DNA of 64,000 nt from Eledone cirrhosa (Eukaryota): the NCBI GenBank assembly GCA_964016885.1, contig OZ024741.1:275094001-275158000 (forward strand), in the 5' to 3' direction. The position numbers and the translations under genes were made by a program. The notes under the pieces were generated by a model. That model saw only the letters and a list, made by a program, of their open reading frames with translations. It was not told the origin of the DNA and ran no database searches. Shown here piece after piece: positions 12,751 through 27,862 of this stretch (position 1 is the first letter of the stretch; every line of letters starts with the position of its first letter).

Positions 12751-13339
12751 TAGATAGATAGAAAGATTTGAAGTTTACCCCAACGGGGAGCCCACTCCGT
12801 TTCCACACAAGCCTCCTCGTGAAACCTCGGTTAGAATAACCTTATTTCTATAGCTACTCCACAACCATGTATGTGTGTGCGTGTGTATGTGTGGGTATGT
12901 GTGTATGTGTGTGGGTGTATGTGTGTGGGTGTGCGTGTGTGTGTGTGAATGTCTGGGGACGGGGTTAAGAACAGTAAGCTCTCCACACAGGTAACACTTG
13001 TGTGGGGCTGGCGTAGGGTGTAACGTGTGTGGAAGTGAGGTAGGGTGTAACATGTGTGTGGGTGGGGTAGGGTAGGGATGAGATACGAAACAAAAGAATA
13101 AGTTTAAAGTTTTCTTTCAAATGTTCATACTTCTTATCTTCTTTATAGTCTTCTTCTCCGTATGTGTCTGTCTGTGAGAGGGAGGGAGAGTGGGTGAGAG
13201 AGAGAGAGAGGGGGAGTGATAGAGTGAGAGGAAGGGAGAGAGGTGGGAAAGGGAGAGAGAGATCATGTATGCGCATGTGTTAAATACGCGTGTACATGTA
13301 TCTATGTATGTGTGTGCAGGACATCATCGTCACTACCAC

Positions 13340-13592
13340 TACACGTACACCACCACTACACACCACCACCACCACTACACACCACCACTACACACCACCA
13401 CTACACCTTACCACCACCACCACACATCCCCGCCACCACCAACACACATCCCCATATCCCCTCACCACCACCACCACCACACATCCCCATATCCCCTCAC
13501 CACCACCACCACCACACATCCCCACCACCACCACCACCACACATCCTCACCACCACCCCACATACCCACATCCCCCTCTCCACCACCACCAC
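13340..13592. repeat. (ACC)-rich low-complexity tract
   Basis: Direct reading. Confidence 0.85.
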
Positions 13593-13784
13593 ATGTCATC
13601 AACAACAATGCTTAGTTATTATTAGAGATATTTGTGTTCGGTTGAATTACTAAGTTGTACGATTGTCTGTCATGGCTGGCTGAGCCCCACGGTGGGAGGT
13701 AATTTTAAGGATGTGCACTACCACACCCTACATAGTAGTGGTGGTCACACATCACTTAACATGGTCTCAGGGCATTTTAAGGGA

Positions 13785-13960
13785 CCCTCTATGTGGTCGT
13801 CGGTTTGCTTGCTAGAAATAGCAGCCAAACCTCCCTCAAATCACCCCCGCCTTCTCCCTTACTGTCTTAAATAAAGAAAAGATACATCGGATGGTGTTGT
13901 CCTTGACATAGAAATATACGAGATGGTCACATTTGGAACACCTTTCTTTATAAGACTGCT
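13785..13960. mobile_element. Dispersed repeat (inverted relative at 35065-35165)
   Basis: GCTAGAAATAGCAGCCAAACCTCCCTCAAATCAC matches rc of 35125-35160. Confidence 0.55.
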
Positions 13961-14039
13961 TGGTTGAGAAAGTCTAACACTGAAGAAGAAGAAGAAGAAG
14001 AAGAAGAAGAGAGGGGAAGACGATTATAATGATTGATTG

Positions 14040-14540
14040 ATCCGCAGTATATGACTGGTATTTTATTTTATCGATCTCATAACTTAAGGAACCAGAAGAA
14101 ATACTGCTAAACAGTTGTCCGGCGCTCTACCGATTCTGCTAATCCATCTCCCTTAAAATAACATTGGCATAAGTACTTGATTGGTACTTTATTTTATAGA
14201 CCTCGGATCGAGGTAAGACAAAGCTGACCTCGGTGGGATTTGAACTCAGACCGTAAAGGGACATAACTCTATGCTGGAAAGCGTGATGTCCGACCCGCCA
14301 CCGATACTGCCAATCCACCGTATGGTTCTGATTTAGGCACAAGGCCAACAATTTCGGGAAGGGAAAGTCGATCAAATCGACCCCATTGCGTTACTGGTAC
14401 TTTATTTTATCGACCTCGTAAGGATGAGAGGCAAAGTTAACCTCGGCGGGGTTTGAACTCAAAAGGTAAAGGGCCGTAACTCTATGCTACGATGCAAGGT
14501 GTCCGATACTCTACCGATACTGCCTATCCACCGCCCTTAA
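14040..14540 (-). mobile_element. Cluster of three SINE copies (one degenerate)
   Basis: rc SINE core and B-box repeated. Confidence 0.85.
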
Positions 14541-14559
14541 AATAATAAAAACAACACTT

Positions 14560-14745
14560 CTTCGCCCACTTATTCCTGGGAGGTTCTTGAGGGCAGAGTT
14601 CTCAACAACTCCTTCCAGCAGGTCCTCTCAGAAGCAACCCTCTCCAACACATCCGGTTAGATCCCCAAGCGAGACCACCCGAGCTCATGAATATTATCTA
14701 ACCATCTTGCTCGGGGTCTACGTCAGGATGTCTTTCCAGCGGTTT
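14560..14745 (-). mobile_element. RTE-type LINE 3' end fragment
   Basis: Similar to 62580-62750. Confidence 0.7.
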
Positions 14746-14757
14746 GGCAAAAACAAC

Positions 14758-14955
14758 ACAGACCCAGCAATTTTGAAGGAGAGGGGAAAGTCGATTATTT
14801 CAACCCCAGTAGTTGACTGGTACTTTACTATATCGTCCCAAGAACGATGAAAGGCAAAGTTGAGCTCGGTGACATTTGAACTCAGAACGTAAAGGGCAGT
14901 TACTAAATGCTGCAAAGCATTTTATGCGACGCTCTACCGATTTTGTCCATCCAAC
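14758..14955 (-). mobile_element. Diverged SINE copy
   Basis: GATGAAAGGCAAAGTTG..ATTTGAACTCAGAAC. Confidence 0.8.
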
Positions 14956-15201
14956 AGTATAGTGATTCAAGTATATTGGTATTTAGTTAATCTACCCCGG
15001 GTAGATCTAGAACCTAGACCTAGATAAGGTGAACCAGGTAGAGGAAGGTAGTTAACCGTTTGTGCTAACTTCTTAACACTTGACCTCTTTAATGCCGTCT
15101 TTAAGCGGGGAGATTAGGCTACGGTGACCCCGCTTAATCTTTCTCTATTGATATTATATTAGTAGAAGCAGCAAGGGATATGTGTATATTCATGTAAATA
15201 A

Positions 15202-15306
<105 letters not shown>

Positions 15307-15356
15307 AGTGCGCGTGCGTGTATATAACTAGGTAGGTTGGTAGGCAGGTATGTATA

Positions 15357-15388
<32 letters not shown>

Positions 15389-15454
15389 AATTCTCAAACT
15401 ATATATATTATTCAAAATGTTAATAAATGAAAAAATATTCTCATAATAAAAATA

Positions 15455-15521
15455 TATATTTTATTATGCATATTTCAAAGATACAATGGTGTTTAAGTAC
15501 GTTTTCATCAGACAAAATATA
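15455..15521 (-). ncRNA. Hammerhead motif (related to the PLE 3'-end type)
   Basis: rc: TATATTTTGT-CTGATGA-AAACGTAC..GTATCTTT-GAAA-TATGCA-TA|ATAAAATATA. Confidence 0.75.
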
Positions 15522-15615
15522 AGATTTGATATGTGACATATCGTTACAGTTTTGATTATTCAATTCCAGTATTGGCAGTGATTTATTTCACCAAATCTCA
15601 ACGTTTTTATACGAC

Positions 15616-15683
<68 letters not shown>

Positions 15684-15719
15684 AAGAAGAAATTAAAAGA
15701 TGGTTAAAAGAGTTCCATA

Positions 15720-15789
15720 TATTTTATTATGCGCATTTCGAATACAAAATCATCCTGGGACATAAATTGTGTTCTCATGAGATAAAATA
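15720..15789 (-). ncRNA. Hammerhead motif with G5C-mutated core (probably inactive)
   Basis: rc: TATTTTAT-CTCATGA-GAACACAA..TTGTATTC-GAAA-TGCGCA-TA|ATAAAATA. Confidence 0.65.
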
Positions 15790-15944
15790 AGATAACATGA
15801 TATGAGGTATAATAGCACTTGTTTACAGGAAAGTGCTAAGTCTACATATATATATATATATAATAGAATAATTAGGGTTTTATAAATATAGTTTCCATTT
15901 ATTAATATCATTGATATATATATATATAAAACTAACTAACTAAT

Positions 15945-16055
<111 letters not shown>

Positions 16056-16551
16056 CTTAAATATGCTCCCCAAACAAGCAATTCTATCCGATCGATTTTT
16101 AAGTCTCTCATATAGTTATCCTTTGATAATGGGTTTTTAAATATTTGTGATCGTTAAATTTGCTAAGGTAAGATTAGTTTTGTTATCTTGGGAAATAACG
16201 CATTGTTTTGTTTTTCAAAATTTAGGTTTGTGTTTCATATAAATATATATATCAAATGATATCAATTTTTTTTTAAACACCCTGTATATAAGCAAAGGCA
16301 ACGGATGGGAGTTCCTGCTAGATCCTGTCAACAAAATCTCCGTATGGTTTAAATACACAACAAATCTCCAAGATCCAAATGGCTAAATGTCAGCATAAGG
16401 GCACCCACGAGTCATGACCTGGATGAGTCCCGGCCCTCTTAGAGTGTAAGAATTTAAGAGGTGGGGGTTCTTTTCTGAAGACCTTCTGCTGTCCAGCTCT
16501 TCTGAGACCATTTCTTACCACACACACACACACACACACACACTCTCTCTT

Positions 16552-16617
<66 letters not shown>

Positions 16618-16741
16618 ATGTATATATAATGTATTTTGCAATACACTTTATGCTTAATTAAAAGCATTTTGAAGACCGTATGCTATTGTTTTAGAGTAGT
16701 GACAAATTCACTTACTTTAATCTCAGCAAACAGGGGAGATA

Positions 16742-16787
16742 AGCCGACAAGGATCTTGTTTCGCTTTTGTTGAAGCTTATCAAGGCT
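16742..16787 (-). ncRNA. Hammerhead motif with U3-A8 compensatory core
   Basis: rc: AGCC-TTGATAA-GCTTcaacaaAAGC-GAAA-CAAGatcCTTG-TC|GGCT; all three stems intact, GUC site. Confidence 0.8.
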
Positions 16788-16937
16788 AACTACCCCTCCT
16801 GTCTACTGAGATTACTGATGTTATATTCTTATAGAATTCTAGTAAATAATCAGGAGCTGATTATACAGAGCGATTGTTGGTCAGGCAGAAATTAAAAATT
16901 AGAATATATATATTGCTATTTCAGAGCACCAATTCTA

Positions 16938-16987
<50 letters not shown>

Positions 16988-17216
16988 ATAAGGAGTTGAC
17001 GGACCCAGCATATTTATCAATGCCAGGACCGGTTGTATCTCAGCGTACTCCATGGGCAATGTAAGATACATTCCCATAGTATACACATAGTTATTCTCTT
17101 CAATACAACACACGTAAAACGGGTGCCTATAATAGTTCCCGGACTCGAGTTCCGGCCGCACTAATGCAGCAGTAAGGTGCACTGCACCATCCATCTGCAT
17201 ATATTATGCAACAAGG

Positions 17217-17325
<109 letters not shown>

Positions 17326-17374
17326 TCTTGTCTGATGACTCTGTTATAAACAGGTTAAACTCCAAGTAACAAGA
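17326..17374 (+). ncRNA. Degenerate hammerhead motif (GAAA to TAAA)
   Basis: TCTTGT-CTGATGA-ctCTGTTataAACAGgt-TAAA-CTccaAG-TA|ACAAGA. Confidence 0.55.
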
Positions 17375-17599
17375 CTCACGACTTAGCCTTAATAAAATGA
17401 ATATTAAAACTCTACTTTGATATTGAGTACTACTCAGCCATCAACCATATACGAATGTGTGTGTGTATGTACAGTGAGGTGATAGACTCGTTAGAATGTC
17501 CTTGTTATATTCGATCTTGAGTTCTGAGTTCAAATCCCACCGAGCTCATGCTAGCCTTTATTCTAGTTCATAACTGTCTTGACTCGTCTTTTGTTTGTT

Positions 17600-17970
17600 C
17601 TTTCTTTCTCCTCTCTCTCTCCAGTCTCTCTCACTCTCTCTTCCCCTCTCTCTCACACCCGTCTCTCTTACTCTCCCTTCCTCTCTCACTCTCACTCTCA
17701 CCCGTCTCTTTTGCTCTCTCTTACTCTCACTCTCGCCCGTCTCTCTTACTGTCTCTATCACTCTCTCTCATTCTCTCCTCTTTCTCTCTCTCACAAGTCT
17801 TTCTTACTCTTTCTCCCTCTCCCTCTCCCTCTCTCTCTCACTCACTCTTCTCTGTCTCTCACTCCTCTCTCTCCTATCTCTTATTCTCTATTCCTCTCTC
17901 TCTTACTCTATCCTTTAATTCTCCCCTCTCACTCCCCCTCCTCTTTCTCTCACCCCCCCCCCTTCTCTCA
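17600..17970. repeat. (CT)-rich low-complexity tract
   Basis: Direct reading. Confidence 0.9.
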
Positions 17971-18142
17971 TACACACCGAGCTCCATTCTGATATTACAA
18001 CAATAACAACAACGATAGACAATGTACATGTTGAATTTAAAAAAGAGAGACTTGTTTGTATAAACAGTGTCAATAAGTTGTGTTTACAATTTGAAAAATT
18101 TAGAAACAATGAAAAAAAATCGAAGACAAATAATTCCTAATT

Positions 18143-18306
18143 CTACAGGGTTTATTGGAAAAGACTGATAAACAAAGTTTTATTAAAAACATCAGAACAT
18201 TTTCATAATATTCCTTTAACGTGTAAAGAAATGTATTGATGGCTCTTAACTTTAATAGATACAATAAACTGTGGAAATTGTAAACATAATTTATGGAAAC
18301 CCTGTA
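18143..18306. mobile_element. Tc1/mariner-type MITE
   Basis: Termini TA-CAGGGTTT ... AAACCCTG-TA. Confidence 0.6.
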
Positions 18307-19133
18307 TTATATTATATTTACAATGTCTGGGTTATCTGGTCACTTTCTTTGTCTGAAAACCCAGATTTCAGAGTTCTTTGCCTGTGGTTAGCTAGTCCCT
18401 TTCTTTGCCTGAAAGGCCTAGATTTTTTAAAGAATTTTAAGGGCTAGCTAAATCCTTTATATGCCTGAAAAGCCTAGATTTTATAGAATTTTAAGGGTTA
18501 GCTAGTCTCTTTCTTTGTCGTAAAACCCAGATTTTAGAGAACTTTGATGGTTAACTGGCCACTTTCTTTGCCTTAAAAGCCCAGATTGATTGAACCCCAA
18601 ACCGCGTAATTACGGAGTAGATTCCAGGAGGAGAGAAAGGGAAAGACAGGGAGGATGAGAGAAAAGATGGGAGAGAAAGAGGCAGAAAGACAGAGAAAGA
18701 GAGGAGATAGAGAGACAGGGTGATAGAGAAAGAGGGAAGATAGAGAAACAGGGTGATAGAGAAAGAGGGAAGATAGAGAGACAGGGTGGTAGAGAAAGAC
18801 AGTGAGATAGCGAGACAATTGGAATAGAAATGGAGGAGGGGGAAAATAGGTTGATGTGACATGGATAGGAGGAGGGCTGGTGGGTGGTATAGATAGCGAA
18901 TGGATTACACGGGAGATGTTTGTAAATCCCTGATTGACACAATCTGGTTTGGTTTCGGATTGGTTTGTCATTCCTACTAACAGAATCGATCCTGCAGTTC
19001 CAGTGAAAAACCCTCATTTCAGATACAGCACCCCCCCCCCCCTTCTCTCTCTCACACACATTTCAAGCAGGCTCATCACACATCTTCCCCTCTATATATC
19101 TACCCATCTCCTTCTCTCCTCTCTTACACACCT

Positions 19134-19180
<47 letters not shown>

Positions 19181-19251
19181 ACATACATATTCAAGCCAAC
19201 TCCATCACACACTTCCTCTCCCTCCCTTTCTCTCTCTCTCTCTCTCTCACT

Positions 19252-19314
<63 letters not shown>

Positions 19315-19437
19315 GTATGTATATATATGTATATATATACATACACACACACACACACACTCACTCACTCACTCACTCACTCACTCACTCACTCACTCAC
19401 TCACTCACTCACTCACTCACTCACTCACTCACTCACT

Positions 19438-19529
<92 letters not shown>

Positions 19530-19586
19530 TATCACACATTTTTCTCATTTTCACTGTCCTTATCACCCACTGTCCGCCCGTCTCAC

Positions 19587-19704
19587 CAGCCTCTCCCGCC
19601 CCGGAACCGGGCGAGGACCCTAATGACGATGTTGGTGCTGTCTGGTTGGTGAAATTGTGGAATCTACTACTACAGCAATCCTTAAGGCAGATGTTGGTTG
19701 TCTT
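19587..19704 (-). other. Candidate internal exon (118 bp)
   Basis: Acceptor ccctttaacttttatccAG, donor CTG|GTGAGA; one frame open: KTTNICLKDCCSSRFHNFTNQTAPTSSLGSSPGSGAGEA. Confidence 0.35.
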
Positions 19705-19969
19705 CTGGATAAAAGTTAAAGGGTTTGTTTGGGGGTAAAAATAATAAATAAAGATGAACTAGAACTATAGTAGGGGAAGGAGAGCTTTAAGGGGGGTCTG
19801 GGGTTTGTTGGTCTCTTTCTTTCGTTCTTTCTTTTCTTTGTTTCCTCAATTGGAGGATTTGTGATGAGATCTGTTGGAAAATTTGAATAAATTCTTTGGG
19901 GAATGTCAAGGAAATGTTGAAATATTTGGGAATTATTAATGAGACAGCAGGAGATAGAAGAATATTTGG

Positions 19970-20545
19970 TACTGGTGGTGGTAGTAGTGGTGGGGGGGGT
20001 AGATGGTAGTGGTGCTGGTGGTGGTAGATGGTGGTGGTGGTGGTGGTAGGTGGTGGTTGGTGCTGGGAGTAGATGGAAGTGGTGGTGGTAAGTGGTGATG
20101 GTGGTGGTAGGTGGTTGGTTCTGGGGGTGGGGTGGGTGGTGGTGGTGGTAGATGGTGGTGGTGCTGGTGGTAGATGGAAGTGGTGGTAGATGGTGGTGGT
20201 AGGTGGTAAGTGGTGGTGGTAGGTGGTAAGTGGTGGTGGTAGGTGGTTGTGGTGGTGGTGTTTGTTAGTGGTTGGTGGTGATGGTGGTGGTGTTTGTTAG
20301 TGGTTGGTGGTGATGGTGGTGGTGGTAGAGGTGGTGGTTGGTAGTTTTGGTGGCGGTGGTGGTGGTGGTGTTTATTGGTGATGGTGGTGATAATGTTGGT
20401 GGTATTGGTGTTGATGGTGGTAGGTGGTGTTTGTTGTTGGTGGTGGTAGTGGTGTTTGGTGTTGGTGGTGGTTAAAGTGGTAGGTGCTGGTAGTGGTGGT
20501 GGTTGAGTTTGGTGATGATGATGATGGTGATGGTGGCGGTGTGGG
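19970..20545. repeat. (GGT)n low-complexity tract
   Basis: Direct reading. Confidence 0.9.
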
Positions 20546-20680
20546 ATTACTGATTAGGTGAAGAAAGGGATGTCGAATAAGGAGGTGAGTGGTGGAGGAT
20601 GTGGGGATGACTAGGTATGTGGATGTAGAGTGGGGGGGGTGAGGGTGGAGACAATGGATTAGATGGTAGATAGATGGATG

Positions 20681-20719
<39 letters not shown>

Positions 20720-21137
20720 TACAATATCCATTTTCTTTTTTTCTTGGTGGGAGACTTAATCCATTGCGTGGTTTAACTCCACCATATGGCCATTGTGTGC
20801 CTTAAACCTTTGTGATACCACCCTAGCCCCTACCCTTCCCTGAAACCACTCTTGATTCTACGATACTAAACTATTTCTTTTAAAGTTTTTACATTTAAAT
20901 AAATCCTTCCAATTCGTTACTGTTTATTATATAATCCTGTTATACGTATTTCAAAGACTGCGTGCGCGTGTGTGTGTGTTTGAGTGTGTGTGTGTGTGTA
21001 AGTGTTTGTGTGTGTGCATGTTTGTATGGGTTTGTGTGTGTGGGGTGTATGTGTGTGCGTGTATGTGTGTATGTGTGTGTGTGTGTTTGTGTGTGGGGAT
21101 GTATGTGTGTATGTTTGTTTTGTGTGTGTGTGTGTGT

Positions 21138-21199
<62 letters not shown>

Positions 21200-21544
21200 C
21201 AAGCACCAACCTAAAAATGAAAAAAAGTGAGTTATTTTACTAAGTCCCTAGAAATGTATTTGGAAATCATAGGCAGTGTCTTTCGTTAGGATTATGGTAA
21301 GAAAAGGTTTAGCAGAGTCCACTCTGTTGCAAGATTTCGGGCCAGGTTTCCCTGAGGATTAAGTTAAGGGTACACACATCTGTGGAATGTTAAGGTACTT
21401 ACAGTGGTAGAAGGTGGATTGTATCTGTAATTCAAAGGGACAAGTTTTGTTACTTGTCACATGCTGTGTCATACTGAATCTCCCTCCCTAAGAAGTACAT
21501 TAAGAGTACACGTGTCTGTGGAAGAATCAGCTACTTATATTGTA

Positions 21545-22097
21545 ATAATTGTTTCTATTTTTGGCACAAGGCCAGCAATTATCCCAGTGCATTACTGGTA
21601 CTTTATTTTATCGACCCTGTAAGGATGAAAGGCAAAGTTAACCTCAGCAGGATTTGAACTCAGACCGTAAAGGGCCGTAACTCTATTCTGCAAAGCATGG
21701 CGTCCGACCCTCCATCGATACTTATATTGTAATAATTGTTTCTACTTTAGGCACAAGGCCAGCAATTATCCCAGTGTATTACTGGTATTTTATTTTATCG
21801 ACCCCGTAAGCATGAAAGGCAAAGTTAAACTCGGCGAGATTTGAACTCAGATTGGAAAGGGTCGTAACTCTATGCATCAAAGCATGGCGTCCGACCCTCT
21901 ACCGATACTGCCAATCCACCACACTTATATTGTAATAATTGTTTCTACTTTTGGCACAAGGCCATAAATTACCCAGTGCATTACTGGTACTTTATTTTAT
22001 CGACCCCGTAAGGATGAAAGGTAAAGTTAACCTCGGCGGGATTTGAACTCAGATCATAAAGGGAGGTAACTCTATGCTACAAAGCATGGTCTCCGAT
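21545..22097 (-). mobile_element. Three stacked SINE copies
   Basis: Each preceded by CTTATATTGTAATAAT (about 21534, 21721, 21924); partial ATTGTAATAAT at 22096. Confidence 0.9.
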
Positions 22098-22479
22098 TGT
22101 AATAATATAAGATGAACTGTAACATTAATACAAAGCGTTAGCGTCAGCCTTGTAACACGCTGTATCTTGCTGAATCTCCCTGAGAATTGCTGCACGTATT
22201 TAAAGAATGCTCAGCCACTTACATTATACTCCAAGATAGACGATACCTGTAATTCAATGGTCCAGTCTTGTGTTACTGAATCTCCCTGAGAATTACATTA
22301 GGGGTGCACGTATTTAAGGAATGCTCAGCCACTTACACTACAATACAAGATGAAATGCAACTGTAATTCACTTACCAGACGCTGTGTCACGCTAACTTTT
22401 CCCCAGAATATTATGTTAAAAGTACTCGTGCCTGTGAAATGCTTACCCATACATGCACATTAATTTTACAAGCAAGCCC

Positions 22480-23335
22480 AGCATTTGGAACACTCCTCGT
22501 GGAAACTGACGGAGGATCATTCCAGTGTAAGCCGGCAGTTGTGGTCCCAGCAATTGAGACAACACTCTTCGTGGAAACCGACGGAGGATCATTCCAGTGT
22601 AAGCCAGCAGCTGTGATCCCAACAATTGGAACAAGATCCTTCGTGGAAGCCGACGGAGGATCATTTCAGTGTAAGCCGGCAGCTGTGGTCAAAGCAACAA
22701 AAATACTCCTCATGGAAAGTGACGGAGCATCATCCCAATGTAAGCCGGCAACTGTGGTCCCAGCAATTGGAACAACACTCCTCGTGGAAGTCGACGAAGA
22801 CTCATTCCAGTGTAAACCAACAGCTGTGGTCAAAGCAACTGGGACGCTCCTCGTGGAAGTCGACGAAGGCTCATTCCAGTGTAAGCCGGCAGCTGTGGTC
22901 CCAGCAACTGGAACAACACTCCTCGTGGAAGCCGACGGAGGTTCATTCTAGTGTAAGCCGGCAGCTGTGGTCCCAGCAACTGGAACAACACTCCTCGTGG
23001 AAGCCGACGGAGGTTCATTCCAGTGTAAGCCGGCAGCTGTGGTCCCAGCAATTGGAACAACACTCCTCGTGGAAGCCGACGGAGGTTCATTCTAGTGTAA
23101 GCCGGCAGCTGTGGTCCCAGCAATTGGAACAACACTCCTCGTGGAAGCCGACGGAGGTTCATTCTAGTGTAAGCCGGCAGCTGTGGTCCCAGCAATTGGA
23201 ACAACACTCCTCGTGGAAACCGACGGAGGTTCATTCCAGTGTAAGCCGGCAGCTGTGGTCCCAGCAATTGGAACAACACTCCTCGTGGAAGCCGACGGAG
23301 GTTCATTCCAGTGTAAGCCGGCAGCTGTGGTCCAG
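22480..23335. repeat. 72-bp tandem repeat, ~12 copies
   Basis: Unit CAGTGTAAGCCGGCAGCTGTGGTCCCAGCAATTGGAACAACACTCCTCGTGGAAGCCGACGGAGGTTCATTC; left copies diverged, right copies homogeneous. Confidence 0.95.
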
Positions 23336-23544
23336 TGGAGACAGTTAAACTCATAGATTGACAGTGTATTATTTCCTATAAATCCGCCTCACTTAAAGCG
23401 ACGACACCATGTTTAAAAGGAAGCCATTAGCTGTTGTATTGTTGTATTGTTAAGGGTGAAAACCTCGTGTAAATAGAGAGGCCGACATTTTTGTTAGACA
23501 GAATGGAACATGGAATCAGGAGAAAGTTCAAAATTGTGAAGAAA

Positions 23545-23584
23545 CTACCACTACTACTACTAGTATTACCACCACTACTACTGT

Positions 23585-23647
<63 letters not shown>

Positions 23648-23716
23648 CACTACTACTACTAGTATTACCACCACTACTACTGTCACTATTACTACTACTA
23701 CTAGTACTAGTACTAG

Positions 23717-23748
<32 letters not shown>

Positions 23749-23980
23749 GTAGTACTACTACTACTACTAGTATTACCACCACTACTACTGTCACTATTAC
23801 TACTACTACTAGTACTACTACTACTACTACTAGTAGTAGTAGTACTACTACTACTAGTACTACTACTACTACTACTACCACTACTACTACTACCACTACT
23901 ACTACTAGTATTGCCACCACTACTACTGTCACTATTACTACTACTACCACTACTACTAGTATTACCACTGCTACTACTGT

Positions 23981-24015
<35 letters not shown>

Positions 24016-24990
24016 GTACTATTGCCACCACTACTGTCACTATTATTACAACTACCACTACCACCACTATTACTACTATCACTACTACCACTATTATAAC
24101 TACCACCACCATCACTACTACAACTACCACCACCACCACTACTATTAATACCACAACCACCACTACTATTATCACTACTACTCTTACTACTACTAATAAT
24201 AATAATAATTCTACTGCTGCTACCTCTACTATTACTAAAACAACAACAAATACAATAACAACAGCACTAATAGCAACATACACAACAACAACAACAACAA
24301 CAGTAACAATAACAACAACAGCACTAATAGCAACATACACAACAACAACAACAACAACAACAACAGCACTAATAGCAACAAACATAACAACAGCACCAGT
24401 AACATCAAACTACAAACAATAACTACAATAGCAATATCAACAATAATAACTACAGCATCTATAGCAACAACAACAACAACACCACTAACAATAAATGCTC
24501 CAGCAGCAACAACAGAAACAACAACACTATCAACTGCAGCAGCAATACCAATAACAACAGCGACAAAAAAGCACTGCCATTAACAACAACAACATTATCA
24601 ACAATAGCACCAATAACAACAACAACAAAACTACTGCAACAACAACACAAGCAGCAACAACAACTATTGCAACAACAACAAAAACAATAACATAAGGAAC
24701 AACAACTGCAACAACATCAACATAAGCCACAACAACAACAACAACAACAACAACAACTGCAATAATAACATAAGCCACAACAACAACGCAAGCAACAGCA
24801 AAAACAACAACAACTGCAACAACATAATCCACAACTGCAACTGCAAATACAACAACAATAACTACAACAGCAACAATAACTAGAACTACAACAATAACTA
24901 GAACTACAACAATAACAATAACTACAACAATAACAACAATTACAACAATAACAACAATTACAACAATAACTACAACAGCAACAATACAAG
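23545..24990. repeat. (CTA)n then (ACA)n low-complexity tracts
   Basis: Direct reading. Confidence 0.95.
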
Positions 24991-25199
24991 ATTTATTGGG
25001 TATTTCGATCCATCTGAACTCTCGCCTCACATTTTTAATGTAGATATTAGCCAATGATGTATTTTGTGGCCCAAATTTTCTCCATTTTTTAAACTTTTTG
25101 ACGCTGTTTTGCATCGTTTTTCTTGCATTTTATTATATATATTTCTCTATTTATTTTCTGTGTTTTCTTGCTATATTAATTTATTTCATGGTTGTACAT

Positions 25200-25497
<298 letters not shown>

Positions 25498-25578
25498 CAG
25501 TGTTCACAAAAAATGTATACACATATTTCATATTTATTAGAATGCTGTAGAAATGTGTATACATTTTTTATGAACACC

Positions 25579-25648
<70 letters not shown>

Positions 25649-25764
25649 TATATATATGTATATATATATATTCATATACATATATATACAGGCATACATA
25701 TGTACTTACACATATATACATATACACACACAGCTATATATACATACATACATACATACATACA

Positions 25765-25796
<32 letters not shown>

Positions 25797-25839
25797 CATA
25801 TACGTACATACGAATGTGTGCGTGTATAAATATATATAT

Positions 25840-25895
<56 letters not shown>

Positions 25896-26075
25896 ATATA
25901 TATGACGTGATAATGTGTTTAGTGTTTTGTCGGGGTGAGTGTAGAGACGGGAAGCTAGATAGCAGCGACTGTATCATAATATGTCCGTATTATATGGTCG
26001 GACTTAACATTGGTATTGGCTTTCATAAACTTGCGTGCACCAGATCTGTGCATATGTGATATATTCATACACACC

Positions 26076-26147
<72 letters not shown>

Positions 26148-26260
26148 GACACTTACAGACACATACACACACACACACCGACACTTACAGACACATACAC
26201 ACACACACACACACACCCACACACACTTACAGACACATACACACACACACACACTTACAG

Positions 26261-26291
<31 letters not shown>

Positions 26292-26342
26292 TACCGACAC
26301 TTACAGACACATACACACACACACACACACCGACACTTACAG

Positions 26343-26374
<32 letters not shown>

Positions 26375-26499
26375 CGACACTTACAGACACATATACACGC
26401 ACACACACACACATATGTATATTATGTATTGTGTGTGTGCTTGTGTTTTTGTGTGGGTGTGTATATGTATGGTCATATATATATGCATTACTGTATGTG

Positions 26500-26540
<41 letters not shown>

Positions 26541-26544
<4 letters not shown>

Positions 26545-26624
26545 GAATGTCCCCTAAAAATATATACATACTTCAACATCATTCTAATCAAAGTGTGTTG
26601 TAAATTTTGGGGGGACACCCTGTA
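26541..26624. mobile_element. Very short Tc1/mariner-type MITE remnant
   Basis: Right end TTTTGGGGGACACCCTG-TA, left end degenerate CAGAATGTCCCCTAAAA. Confidence 0.5.
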
Positions 26625-26629
26625 TATAT

Positions 26630-26663
<34 letters not shown>

Positions 26664-26735
26664 GTATGAACATAATCACAGACACCTTTATCTGTGATAT
26701 GTTCCTGTGTATATGCTTACTCAGATAGATTTATG

Positions 26736-26780
<45 letters not shown>

Positions 26781-26942
26781 ATATATATATATATATATAT
26801 ACATACATACACGTGTATATAAGCAGTTATACAGATATTAACATTTATATTGTTGGTATGTAATACTAGAAGTATGTAATTATTGCGTGGGTGTTTCATT
26901 GTTGGTTGAAACGATGTAAATACGTACTTGCGTGTTTGTGCA

Positions 26943-27066
<124 letters not shown>

Positions 27067-27100
27067 CTTATATATATATATACATACATATATATATATA

Positions 27101-27174
<74 letters not shown>

Positions 27175-27314
27175 TATACATATATTTATTTATATATATA
27201 TATATAATAAATGATAGTATTTATTCGACTCTACATTTCGTATTGAATTCTATACCAGAAAATATTTTATCACTGTATAATATATACCCATATATATTAC
27301 TCATCTAAAACATT

Positions 27315-27862
<548 letters not shown>

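Noticed and set aside
18850-19000. Possible exon in unique sequence
   Set aside because: Weak acceptor, no clear donor and no recognisable protein motif.
23491-25114. Poly-Leu, poly-Val and Cys-rich ORFs
   Set aside because: Derived from (CTA)n/(ACA)n repeats.
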